A DNA stretch of 63,958 nt, filler included, from Octopus bimaculoides (Eukaryota), in the NCBI RefSeq assembly GCF_001194135.2. It is 7 parts of 6 records of this genome, joined end to end, with 100 filler letters (N's around TTAATTAATTAA, not from the genome) between each part and the next. Parts side by side here need not be neighbours in the genome. Positions count along the whole stretch, not along the records: positions 1 to 7,155 come from NC_068981.1; positions 7,256 to 17,908 come from NW_026319773.1; 5 more parts are not named here. The stretch is one strand, 5' to 3'. Below the pieces are notes generated by a model, which was given only the letters and a program-made list of their open reading frames with translations, made no database searches and was not told the origin of the DNA. The stretch's first letter is position 1. Each line of letters starts with the position of its first letter. The position numbers were made by a program, and so were the translations under genes. Below are positions 1-11,789 of the stretch, piece after piece.

Positions 1-62
<62 letters not shown>
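1..62. repeat. (TG)n microsatellite
   Basis: Pure TG dinucleotide run at the window start. Confidence 0.98.
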
Positions 63-66
<4 letters not shown>

Positions 67-1588
67 CGCCTGTTGGAAGCTGATGATACACTTCGTCGGA
101 ACTCACACAATCGCTACAGCTCATTCGACCAAGAAGAGCTGTTCAACAATGAAACCCTAAAAGTGACCGAGGTCAAAGAACATTTAGAATACACACACAT
201 ATACACACGCACATATATATAACAAGCTATAGAAGAGGTAGCTACAGCTGTACAAGATATCAAAAGTACACCATCAATATGTGCGCGTGGGTGAGAGTTT
301 AGTAAACCACAGAGACCGTCTGAAACTGCAATGGATATGTAAGAAACAAATTAACCTAACTAAATAACTAATCTATATAAAACGACAATTCTGCAAGAAT
401 AACAAACCAGCGAAATATATATTGGATCAACAAAAAGCTAATTCAAAGAAAGACACCCATAACACATACACTCTTTCAGCAATTTTTACAGTAGAGATGC
501 AACGTCTCTACTATACACATTTAGAGTATAAGAAAGATTAATATAAACTGGATAGTAATATAAATGTAAACTGAATAGTAATAGACTCTCTATAGAAATA
601 GTTTCGTGAAATATTCCTTGTAATCCCCTTTACCCCTTAGAAAATTTCAGTGTAGTTATGCAAGAAATATACTTGCCAACAGAAGAAATGAGTTGATGTA
701 ACGTTATAGATAGCAGATTAAGGAAAGCAAAAATAGTAAATATCTGCTGTTGCAACAGCAGCAAGAAAAACAGTACACAGTTCATAATGATGTCAACAGC
801 AACAGAACAGTAATACAAAATAATAAATAAATTAACCAACGGAAAAAATGGCAATTTAGAGATATCACATATATGATACGAACCTCAAAAATAGGCGTAT
901 AAAAACGGCTTACATGCCCTTAGATACGATATAATATAATTTGGCATACAATAAAATTACATAATAACAATTTTAACGAAACAGGTGATGTTGTTCGCAG
1001 GTAACAAGTGAATTGGGCAATGAAAAAAATAAAGAAATAAACAACTTAACAAACCAGGATATGAATACAAAATCATCAAGCAGAATCTGGGTAACAACTG
1101 CATTTGCCGATAAAAGGCAATAACACAAAATGATGAACAATGCATGAATTAAGCACAAATTACAACTCATAAAAATAGCAAAGCCGGCTAATGAAAACAG
1201 AACAACCAGCGAATTGGCAAATGAAACAACTGCAACCATAGACAATGCTTTTATAAGATTTAATAAGATTTAGAACGGATTAACGAAACCAATAATCATT
1301 CACAAAAAGAATGAATCCATTCCGATATATAAAAACTGCTCGAAATATTGGACCCCCTCCCCAGTGTTCAGTTTAAATACAGAACACGTCATGTATTCGT
1401 TACTTCATTCCTCTTTCATTGACAATCTGTAACATTTGAATGTGCACACATATATAGCGGAAATTGCCTATTGTGATCACTATGAGACGAAGCCTTTTCG
1501 ATTACAATAATCGACCGATATCATTAAGCAAAAGGAGGGCTTGAAGACAATTAGTTAAAATTATCTGTGACTTTAATAAGTGTATAGT

Positions 1589-1800
1589 GGAGGCGCGTGG
1601 CTTAGTAGTTAGAGTATTAGACTCATGATCGTAAGATAGTGGTTTCGATTACTGAACCGGGCGACACGTTGTGCGCATGAACAAAACACTTCATTTCACG
1701 TTGCTCCAGTCCACTCAGCAAGCAAAAATAAGTAATCGTGGGACGGACCGGCGTCCCGTGCAGGTGGGGAATACATACGTCACGGAAACCGACCCTATAA
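1589..1800 (+). mobile_element. tRNA-headed SINE, family A
   Basis: A-box-like TGGCTTAGTAGTTAG and B-box-like GGTTTCGATT. Body (CACTTCATTTCACGTTGCTCCAGTCCACTCAG) is shared with copies at 41612, 59838 and 60765. Confidence 0.8.
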
Positions 1801-1928
1801 TTACAGGATTCGGGAAGGAACTTTTCTACTGTATAACAAGTTGTATGACAGGCGTAACCACAGCTAAGAAAAAGAACTTCTGTTTGTGTGTATGCATTGT
1901 ACCTATGCATGATAAATATTTATCATTT

Positions 1929-2105
1929 ATCTTTTACTTGTTACATTAGACTGCAGCCATGCTGGGGTACCGCCTTGAATAATTTTAGTCGAAAAATCGA
2001 CTCCAGTACTCATTTTTTTTGGTCTCTTTTACATAACCGCTAAGTTATGGGGACGTAAACACACCAGCACCAGTTGTCAAGCGGTGGGGGACAAAGACAC
2101 ACACA
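1929..2105 (-). mobile_element. SINE family B, 3' half
   Basis: Reverse complement of the 3' half of the family B copy at 54072-54458. Confidence 0.8.
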
Positions 2106-2120
2106 CACATATATATATAT

Positions 2121-2512
2121 TCTTTTACTTGTTTCAGTCATTTGACTGTGGCCATGCTGGAGCATCGCCTTTAGTCGAGTAAATCGACCCCGGGACTTAT
2201 TCTTTGTAAGCCTAGTACTTATTCTATCGTTCCCTTTTGCCGAACCGCTAAGTTACGGGGACCTAAACACACCTAGCATCAGTTGCCAAGCGATGTTGAA
2301 GGGACAAACACAGACACACAAACATGTACACACACATATATAAATATATATACATATATACGACGGGCTTCTTTCAGGTTCCGTTAACGAAATCCATTCA
2401 CAAGGCTTTGGTCGGCCTGAGGCTATAGTAGAAGACACTTGCCCAAGGTGCCACGCAGTGGGAATGAACCTGGAATCATGTGGTTGGTAAGCAAGCTACT
2501 TACCACGCAGCC
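2121..2512 (-). mobile_element. SINE family B, near full length (tRNA-like head, internal microsatellite, AAAAGA-type tail)
   Basis: Aligns by eye in reverse to 54072-54458 and 60165-60610. Head GGCTGCGTGGTAAGTAGCTTGC...GGTTCATTCCC. Confidence 0.9.
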
Positions 2513-3262
2513 GATGGGTTTCTTTTAGTTTCCGTCCACCAATTTCCATTTTTCGGTTATACGCAATTACAGATGTGTGAATGCTGTATCCATTCATTTA
2601 TTACTTCTATGTTAATAGCGAGATATAGAATTAATGCATGTGAGGAGAATGAAAACAGAAAATACTAACCTTACACAGGTTATCAAGTTAAAAAATAAGT
2701 GCCACTCCCATTTTGTTGTTTGCAGTCACCCAACTGTGAAACGTACATCGCACTCTTTCATACAAGCATATATAGTGATCACATAAGCAAATGTAAAAAT
2801 TGTTTTATGTTTATTTATTAGTTACAGTCTTTGAATCATTACTATGCTGGAGCACACCTACAAGAGTTTTTGTCGATTATACCAAACACAGTAATTTGTT
2901 TATTGGTTATTAATCTTGGTTTGTAGAAAAGTAACGTGAAACAGAACGTAAAAGAAAAGGACGTCACTTAATTTAAAGTTATTGGGATTCTAGCATGCAT
3001 AACCAGTGCTCGGGGTGCGCTATTTATTATTTATAGTACTTTATTTTTTTCTTTTGAAATTTTGAGCTTTTAGGAATAGTGCGCCAAAAGCAATTGCATT
3101 TAGGGCCCCGCCTACGCTACCCAGCTACTTATATTGACTCCGGTATACTTATGCATTCATTTTACCGATTTTGTAAGAGACGAAAAGCAAAATCCAGTCC
3201 ACCTTCGCGGAACGTCAGGGACTAAAACGACGCATCGACAACGTTTTCTACGGTTATTCCTC

Positions 3263-3561
3263 TACCTATAATCATATAGATATATAATTTGAAAATGTGA
3301 TGTATAATATACATTTTTTAAATGAGCATTCCATTTTAGCCTCGCTGTGAAAAGTAAACAAAGTAGTTACAGGTTTTATATCTCCTTCGATAGAAAAAGA
3401 GGGATATTACTTCCCATTTCTTTTTATATAACTAAAAGATAAATTTTAATTTATTAAATAATTGTGAATACATCTTCTTGAATTATACAAAAATAGAAGA
3501 ATTCCTACTGTTACTTTTCCCTGTTTTGTGATTAGAAAATGGAAAGAAAAGATTATAGGTA
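3263..3561. mobile_element. Possible small MITE with TA-flanked termini
   Basis: 13-bp perfect inverted repeat TCTACCTATAATC (3261-3273) / GATTATAGGTAGA (3551-3563), readable as TA|CCTATAATC...GATTATAGG|TA. Single copy in the window. Confidence 0.3.
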
Positions 3562-3904
3562 GAACGAAAAATAGATTTATCAACCTATTTATTCGGATAA
3601 ATGACACGTGATAATCCTATTTAATGCAAATGTGCCTCCATGTTCGCTTAAATTCGTAACATTTGTGTTTGTGTGTGCGAGAGAATTTTCATGTGATCAT
3701 TATAAAATCCTAATTACGGTTTTCGCTGTGTTTAGAAAAGGAATGGGATGTTGTGACATTCACACCCTTCTCAAGAGTTTTTACAGTGTAAATTAAAGAA
3801 AATTATTTTAAACAGGTGGCAAATTCTTACGCAAGACGTTTGTCATCTAATTCGTATTAATACATTTTTTTTTTTACTTTAGCACGAAACCATAATTTGT
3901 GAGC

Positions 3905-4270
3905 GAGAGATGCAGTCGACTGAATCGATACTTGTTTGGTATTTATTTTATGCTTTGATCCCAGCTGCATGAAAAGTAAAGTTGGTCCCGGTGGGATTCG
4001 AACTAAAGCATTTTATCCAGTTCTAAACTGATTCTGTTATAATAAAATTACTATGGATTTCTTGCAAATTAGAAGACCGTACGTTTGTGGGGAGCAGTAA
4101 TCGGTCGCATTGTGTCACAGCACAACTGATATTTAATTTATCCACCCTACTTCTAGAAATGAAAAGCGAAGTTGAAACTGGTGGGATTTGAACTCAGAAT
4201 ATAGAGGAGGAAAATTAATAATGCGAGGTTTTAATTCAGTTCGGTGTTAAACTGGTTTTGCTATTTTGAC
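3905..4270 (-). mobile_element. Two degenerate family C SINE fragments
   Basis: Remnants of GGATTTGAACTCAG (reverse B box) and ATGAAAAG..AAAGTTG motifs at about 3905-4010 and 4085-4270. Confidence 0.55.
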
Positions 4271-4855
4271 AACCAATCCCTAGTCCTCAGTCACATTTTC
4301 CCTTCCCTAAAATATAAAGCCGTCGTGCCTAGTAAAATAAATAAAACTATAAGCAGCAAAAATATTTTCCCAGTTAAAACCCTTACACTGTCCCAATGTT
4401 GTAAACGCCCTTAGGAAAAAGGTACTAGCGTCAAACATGTCCCGCATATACATCACGCATATCCTTACACCTGTCCGCACCATCGTAAATCTGGAGCGTT
4501 GTGCCTAGTCAGGAAATCAATATTGACATAGTGGCGAGCGCAGTACAGTAGGATTTAATCTCTCGACGAGCTGATTCTTATTCTGAAGTGTCAGGCATTT
4601 CACTTCATTTACGTCACTAATTCCACTAAGAAAGGTATGAACGCCACATATTTTCACTACATAAAAAAAAAAGAAAAGGTTTTATGCATGCCTAGTCAAA
4701 AGAAACTAATATTATTTGTATGCAGGGATGAGGTGAAGAAAATAAAGCTAGACGATAACAAAACAAAACTAAAATCGATTAAAAATAAGATGAAGATTGC
4801 ATTTTCTGTTAAAGGGGCACCAGAGCAGATAACCTAGTCGTAAGTTAGCAGTTGT

Positions 4856-5120
<265 letters not shown>

Positions 5121-5220
5121 TATATAGCGCGTAGACGTGTGTATATGTATGGGAGGGAGGTGGAGAGAGCGACATACTCTATTGTAAATTTTATGTATGT
5201 GCGTGTGTATGTGTGTATGT

Positions 5221-5410
5221 ATTCTCATTCGTTACTGGCTTCAGTTATTGAACTGCGGCCATGCTGTTGCTCGGCCTTCATTGGTTTAGACGATGATATT
5301 GAGCCCAATCTAGTAAATGAAGTTATCGATGTCTATTTGTCGAACCGCTACCTAACGGGACATAAACGTGAACGCAGACAAGAATGCCAACATAAAGATA
5401 CAGACATACA
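5221..5410 (-). mobile_element. Degenerate SINE family B 3' fragment
   Basis: TTCAGTTATTGAACTGCGGCCATGCTG...CGAACCGCTA...GGGACATAAAC matches the reverse family B tail. Confidence 0.6.
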
Positions 5411-6507
5411 TACAATCAATACTCATTTACAGGAACAAAATAGCACATTCCATAAAGGCAGCTAGTTTTTTTTTTTTTGAAGAGAAAAAGAAAACGCATT
5501 GAGACAATGTGTACCGCATTCAGATAATTTATACTAAAAATTATACCTTAGATTCTCTTTCACCGTACAGTATTGTGTTAAATTATATTGTAGACGTGCA
5601 GTGTTAACATGACAATATAATTATTTACTGATTCATATTGTAGAATAGATCCGCACAGTATGCTGCTCGCGGGCCGCAAGCGACTCCTTGTGATTTATCA
5701 GAAATGTTTGTTTATGATATAACTATAAATAGTAATTTTTTTTTCCTACAAATACTAGTATTTCAATATATTCGGAAAATAATAAATAATTATTATTTAC
5801 TATAATTCTTTTTTGAAATGATGCCAAGAAGAGTAAAACGTTCTGAAACACACTTATCTCCCACAATTTATAATTTGTATTTTCATTTGAATATCTAAAA
5901 TACGGTTCGCAGTACTTTAAAGCAATATGGCCATCGCTCATTCCAAGATGGGCAGGCAGGATATTTAAGGTCATCCCTCATTATAGAATCAATTGAAATT
6001 CTCTCTCTCTCTCACACACACACTCTCTCTTTCTCACGCCCACATCCATCTACATACATATGAGTGTGTATATATATATATATATATATATANNNNNNNN
6101 NNNNNNNNNNNNNNNNNNNNNNNNNNNNNNNNNNNNNNNNNNNNNNNNNNNNNNNNNNNNNNNNNNNNNNNNNNNNNNNNNNNNNNNNNNNNNNNNNNNN
6201 NNNNNNNNNNNNNNNNNNNNNNNNNNNNNNNNNNNNNNNNNNNNNNNNNNNNNNNNNNNNNNNNNNNNNNNNNNNNNNNNNNNNNNNNNNNNNNNNNNNN
6301 NNNNNNNNNNNNNNNNNTCTCTCTCTGTATATATAAATATATGTATACACCCATAAATATATATTATACACATGTATTAATATTCATACACACATACAAA
6401 CATACATATATATTTATATACATCACGTTTATTATTTTTTTTCATCCAGTATGATCCCATACTAGAATACTACCCCCACCCCCACAGATATATATAATGT
6501 GTGTGTG

Positions 6508-6545
<38 letters not shown>

Positions 6546-6660
6546 CACCCACACATAAACATATATAATGTATGTATGTTAAAAGTTTGGAGATTCAAAC
6601 AGGAACATCGAAAGCAAAACATGAGAATATATACTTTATTATTAATAATCAGCAGATCTA

Positions 6661-6742
6661 CAGAGTGACTCAAGGACCGAGAGTTTCGTTCGTTGTTTTA
6701 TAAGTGGCAATACACAAAACTGTTGGCCCTTGAGTCACTCTA
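6661..6742. mobile_element. 82-bp hairpin element, Tc1/mariner-type mini-MITE
   Basis: TA|CAGAGTGACTCAAGG...CCTTGAGTCACTCTA|TA. About 26-bp imperfect inverted arms, TA flanks and a CAG terminus. Confidence 0.55.
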
Positions 6743-7155
6743 TAACTTTATAACTTCCGTCGATTATACATACACACACATAAAAATAAGTTCTCACTGT
6801 TTATTTGCTTCTCGTTGTCCATCGAAAACTGACGGTGACCAACTTCACACGCACACATAGATTACAGATAGACAGGGAAAGATAAACACACGTGAGTCGC
6901 AGTATATCCCATCTGAAACAAAGTATTTATCGTTGTAAGTGCTCAAAGAAAGAATTCAAAATACATTAAATTGATTGGAACTATGACCACGTTTGTGTGA
7001 ATAAAATAAATCGGAATATAAATAATCTGGAATATATTATACAAAATAGATATATATATATATCTATAAACATCGAATACATCGAGCCCGCGAAAAGTAA
7101 TGGCTATGTTGAACTACTTTTTTTCTGTCGATGATCTTTAAGTTTGTAGATTAAA

Positions 7156-7255
7156 NNNNNNNNNNNNNNNNNNNNNNNNNNNNNNNNNNNNNNNNNNNNT
7201 TAATTAATTAANNNNNNNNNNNNNNNNNNNNNNNNNNNNNNNNNNNNNNNNNNNN
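7156..7255. other. Assembly join spacer (44N-TTAATTAATTAA-44N); identical spacers at 17909-18008, 27417-27516, 38871-38970, 56602-56701, 61750-61849
   Basis: Fixed 100-bp structure with a 12-mer giving stops in all six frames, repeated six times; artificial. Confidence 0.95.
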
Positions 7256-7401
7256 TATATATATGTATATATATATATGTATGTATATATATACATATGT
7301 ATATACATATATGCAGTGTAATTGTTTAAATAGTATCTTCATAGATGTAGGAGTTGCCACTCTATCCTTGGCTCTATATTAATACTCAAGACACAATATC
7401 T

Positions 7402-7446
7402 ATGGAAAATGAAATATCTATAGCACGACGTGTGAGAGATGCCCAG
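7402..7446 (+). CDS. Speculative first coding exon of the fucosyltransferase-like gene (MENEISIARRVRDAQ)
   Basis: ATG at 7402, 15 codons, then CAG|GTGACC (phase 0, weak donor). Phase-compatible with the acceptor at 8444 and would give a basic cytoplasmic tail before the hydrophobic anchor. Confidence 0.2.
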
Positions 7447-7758
7447 GTGACCGGCACTGTTGGATGATAATAAATTAATAAAAGTGCAAGAAAATTATGT
7501 TCTGGTTTGGTTTCATGTGTGTGTGTGTGTGTGTGTGTATAGATGCATCCTTTCAGGGTGCCTTACTTCTTCTGTTCTTCATAGCATTTGTTCAGATACA
7601 CAACTGTGAGGAGGCTTTGTAGCTTGTGAGTTACTTTATTGCAAGCTGCTTACTTCATGTAACATAAAACCATGATTTGAAGCCAATGGTTTTGCTGACT
7701 TTAAATAAACAAAAATGTTTTCCATTTAATTTTGAATTTCTTTCAGATATGAAATCAC

Positions 7759-7805
<47 letters not shown>

Positions 7806-7857
7806 GATTATTATTATTATTATCATCATCATCATCATCATCCTCATTATTATCATT

Positions 7858-8276
7858 AGGGTGGCGAGCTGGCAGAGTCATTAGCATGCTTGAAGAAATG
7901 CTGAGCAGTGTTTCGCCCATCGCTATGTTCTGAGTTCAAATTCTGCTGAGGTCGACTTAGCCTTTCATCCTTTCATCCTTTTGGAGTTGATAAAATAAGT
8001 ACAAGTTAAACATTTCCACCTCTCCCAAGCTGCCCTTGTTGCAAAAATTTGAAATTATTGCTATCATTATTATTATTAGGGTGGCGAGCTGGCAGAATCG
8101 TTAGCTTGCTGGACAAAATGCTTAGTGGTATTATGCATGTTGCTACATTCTGAGTTCAAATTCCGCTGAGGTCAACTTCGCCTTTCATCCTTTCAGGGTC
8201 AATTAAATAAGTACCAGCTATGTACTGGAGTCACTGTAATCGACTAGGCCCCTTCCCCCCCAAAATTTTCAAGGTT
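7858..8276 (+). mobile_element. Two tandem family C SINEs (7858-8070, 8078-8276)
   Basis: Heads GGGTGGCGAGCTGGCAGA..TTAGC, B box GAGTTCAAATTC, central GCCTTTCATCCTTT..GATAAA..AAGTAC; separated by an (ATT)n tail. Confidence 0.9.
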
Positions 8277-8360
8277 TGTATTGGCTATGGCTACAAACCG
8301 GACATTCGGTATCATATATATACATATATTTATATATATATACATATAGAAATAGTTATG

Positions 8361-8404
<44 letters not shown>

Positions 8405-8444
8405 TGTTATTATACTTTAATCACTCTTCTGCTTTCTTTTCCAG

Positions 8445-9521
8445 GCTGTTCTCTTCACTGTGATGAGTGTTGGCACCTTAGCTTTTTTGCTGATCATCCA
8501 GAACCATCATAGTATGATTAACATAAGTAGCCGTCTTGATCCAATCCCAATCACAACCAAAGCACCCCAGCCACCACCACAGAAGTACCTCATATATTAT
8601 TGTGACAAATTGACTCGGTGTCTAGGATGGGGTGACCGGCAACGAGGTATAATGTCTGCCTATGTATTGGCTATGGCTACAAACCGGACATTCGGTATCA
8701 TAATGACAAAACCATGTCTGCTTACAAAATTCTTTGTTCCAAATCAAGTCAACTGGAATGTGAATATGTCTGACATTCAACAGCGCAGTGCACAGTATTT
8801 TGATCTCAATAGCAACGACATGTTCACCAAAACACTAAACACGGTAAATCTTGAAGCCCTGTTTCATGCTGACGTCATCTACCTAGTTACCAATCGATGG
8901 TATATTAATTCGTTATTAAAAAACTCACGCTACCGACGTAAATTGAAGGATCTCGACAAAATGAGTTGGAGAAAGAGCTTCGCCAAAGTCATGGACCAGA
9001 TGTTTCGACATAGTAATTATATGAATGAAAAGATTGAAAGCACTCTAAAACGATTTATTCCCAACAACACCACAAAGCTAGTGTGTGCTCAAATTCGTCT
9101 CGGAACTAATCCCACAATTCCTTTGGATTTCCGTGTCCGTAATAAGTACTCATCAGTTAGTGTTGTATGGAAGTTTTTACAGAGGTACAGCAATTCTACA
9201 TACAAGATATTTGTTTCCACAGACTCTCAGACTGTTCGAATGAGCGCAAAGAAACTGTTTGCTAAACAGATTGTTGATGTCGAAGGTGCTATAGTACATG
9301 TTGACAGTTATGAACCGGGTCGAGATGAGTTTGCTTGCGGTGGCTTTGAGAAAGCCCTGCTTGATCAGCACATTCTTTCTCTTTGTGACATCCTGGTAAT
9401 TAGCAGGGGTGGCTTTGGTTTTAATGCCATCTACGTACGCAAAAAGAACAGTAGCGTCTATATCTTCCATGATGGTAAAGTCAAGCCACTTGACTGCAAC
9501 AAAAGTCAGTTGTGTTACTGA
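8445..9521 (+). CDS. GT-B fold fucosyltransferase-like protein (alpha-1,6/alpha-1,2/O-fucosyltransferase superfamily; FUT8/NodZ-like); type II membrane anchor plus intronless catalytic domain
   Basis: 353-aa open frame preceded by a strong in-frame acceptor (CTTCTGCTTTCTTTTCCAG|GCT at 8444/8445). Hydrophobic N-terminus, Pro-rich stem, CLGWGDRQRG loop, motif I CAQIRLG (9084-9104), motif II IFVSTDS, motif III DQHILSLCDILVISRGGFG, several N-x-S/T sequons. Confidence 0.85.
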   Translation, partial: AVLFTVMSVGTLAFLLIIQNHHSMINISSRLDPIPITTKAPQPPPQKYLIYYCDKLTRCLGWGDRQRGIMSAYVLAMATNRTFGIIMTKPCLLTKFFVPNQVNWNVNMSDIQQRSAQYFDLNSNDMFTKTLNTVNLEALFHADVIYLVTNRWYINSLLKNSRYRRKLKDLDKMSWRKSFAKVMDQMFRHSNYMNEKIESTLKRFIPNNTTKLVCAQIRLGTNPTIPLDFRVRNKYSSVSVVWKFLQRYSNSTYKIFVSTDSQTVRMSAKKLFAKQIVDVEGAIVHVDSYEPGRDEFACGGFEKALLDQHILSLCDILVISRGGFGFNAIYVRKKNSSVYIFHDGKVKPLDCNKSQLCY

Positions 9522-10509
9522 TACAATGATTCTGTTCCTTACTCCTTCCCTAACAGACATACACACATACATACATACATACATACACACACACACATGT
9601 ACATGAAATGCATACATGCATTCTTATATACATTATGCTCTGAAACGTGGATGAGGGTTTTTTGGGGGGTTTTTTTTAAGATTCCATCCACATGGTCTGC
9701 TGATGCAATATTAGTGAATTCTATTGCCCCGATCTACTCCTGGCCTCAGTCCCTCAATAATTTGCGACCATTATTCTATGTGCCCCCATCAGCCTATAAC
9801 TGTACATTCTTTATTGGGTGTATTGCGACTGGGTGGAAAAAATAAAAATTAGTTTCCACATGCCATGTTAACTCCCACCCACCCACTCCACCCCTTCCAA
9901 ATTATTCCATACCTTCGGTTTTGTAGAGGATGGATCTGTAAATGCATTAATACTCTTTTTCATCTTGTACATATATCCTCCAACAATATTCAGGAACACA
10001 CACACACACACACATGCACACACACACACACACACACTCACACTCTGATACACACACATGCATATATTTATGAATGTGTGTGTGCATGTGTGTGACCTAT
10101 GTATTTTACTAAAATTAATATTTGACTCTTGTAGTTATTTCACTGGAGCCTTTAAAAAAAAAAAACAAAATAAAAAATGAAAAAAAATTCTTTCTTTCTA
10201 GAATAAACCTATTAAATTAAAAGAAAAAAAAATATTTAGAAATTTTAATCTTGGTGGGGTTGTGTGAAATAGCAAGATAAAAAAAAAGATTTTAAATTCT
10301 TTAACCTCCCTCTCCCATTCCCTGGTCTTTCAAATATCCTTTCATCACAACATTTTTTCATGATTCAATATTGAAAATGCTAACTTAACTCTTTGATCCT
10401 TTTCTCTAGTTCTCAAAAGTTTTCAAAGTACTATAGATAAGATGGCCGTAACTAGGAGAAAAATGGCTGACCATTTTGGTTAGGAAGAAGGATGCTAAAC
10501 ATGTTTTAA

Positions 10510-10731
10510 CCCTTTAAGCACTCAGATTACTCTGTCAAATGTAATGCTTGTTTATTCACATTGTTTTGAATTAATCACGCATTATCTCATAGCTTTGAGA
10601 TTTCTAAGATGTGATTGTTTATTTTTAGAATGACATTGTAGTGTAGGTGTGAGAGGCAGAATCTGGCTGTCTTTGAACTTAAAACTGGTAGCACATTTTG
10701 TCCTGATATGGCTGGTTTAAATGCTAAAGGG
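10510..10731. mobile_element. piggyBac-type non-autonomous element (222 bp)
   Basis: TTAA|CCCTTTAAGCAC...AATGCTAAAGGG|TTAA. TTAA target duplication (10506-10509, 10732-10735) and CCC/GGG termini. Confidence 0.85.
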
Positions 10732-11789
10732 TTAATTTCTATAGATCAAGAATATTGTTGCCTTACAGGATCAGTGTAGATAAGTTGGTGGGTGGCTAGC
10801 AAAAAATATCATCAATGTGATTTTTGACATGGTTAGAGTTTTTCTGATAAGAAAAAAAAAAAAACAACCTTATGGGTCAGGAACATTTAAACAATAGATT
10901 TGTGAACCCAATGAACCAAATTATATTTGGTAACAACATGAAGGGCTAAGTAATTGACATGTATAGGTAGGGTGGGGGTCTGTAGAATAGACATGTTTAG
11001 CTTTTTGTGTGGTGATTCTTGAGTGTTCAGTTAGCTACTACTACTATCCACTTGCCATATATTTACTCTGTACCGTCATCACATCTGAAGGGCTACCCAA
11101 GAGTTACCTAGCCAACTTTAGATAGTCACCATCTGTTTGTAAATATTTTTGACTTTATCTGCTTACTCATTTTCTTTCACTCCCTTGGAAATTTCTTTAT
11201 CAATAACCCCAAAAAACAAAAACAAAGAAAAAGCAAAGAAAAATACCAAAAACAAAAAGAAAAAAAAAAGACAGCCTTACTCCGATAACCTTTTTCAACA
11301 ACACCAAAAAGATGATAAACTGTATGAATTTTATACAGCAATTGGAAACCCTGTGTGTATATATGCATGTGTATGAAGGAACGTGTGTATGCATGTGCAT
11401 ACGTGTACTGATATATGCATATGTATGTACGTGTGTGTGTGTATGTGTGTGTGTGTATATACTTGGAGTCTTTCCTGAAAACAATTGGACCTTCCATCCA
11501 TCACTTTCTATCTCAAGTTGAACATCTCCTTTTCGTTTAACTTGTTTGTCCCTCTCTGTTTCTCTCTTTCTCTCTCTCTCTCTCTCACACACACACATAC
11601 ATACGCACACACTCACTCACTCTTCCTTGAGATTAAAGTTTCTGTCTTATCTTCCCTTGATGATGATGTTTACTGTTATACAGTAGATTTAAGTGTTGGT
11701 GCTGCATCGGAAGGTAGAATAATGTGGTTTGGCAGATAATGGCCATGCCAGTGGCTGCACCATTATTATCTCTTGTTTTCATCTGCTTT

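Noticed and set aside
4-222. 72-aa ORF starting in (TG)n
   Set aside because: Starts in a microsatellite, has no recognisable domain and no clear splice sites.
1589-1665. tRNA-like sequence (also heads at 41612, 54072 and all family C copies)
   Set aside because: A/B boxes are present but there is no full cloverleaf and each continues into a SINE body; not tRNA genes.
7200-7211. Recurrent TTAATTAATTAA motif
   Set aside because: Always centred in a 100-bp N spacer; an assembly linker, not a biological element.
9177-9617. 146-aa minus-strand ORF
   Set aside because: Antisense shadow of the glycosyltransferase CDS, starting in a microsatellite.
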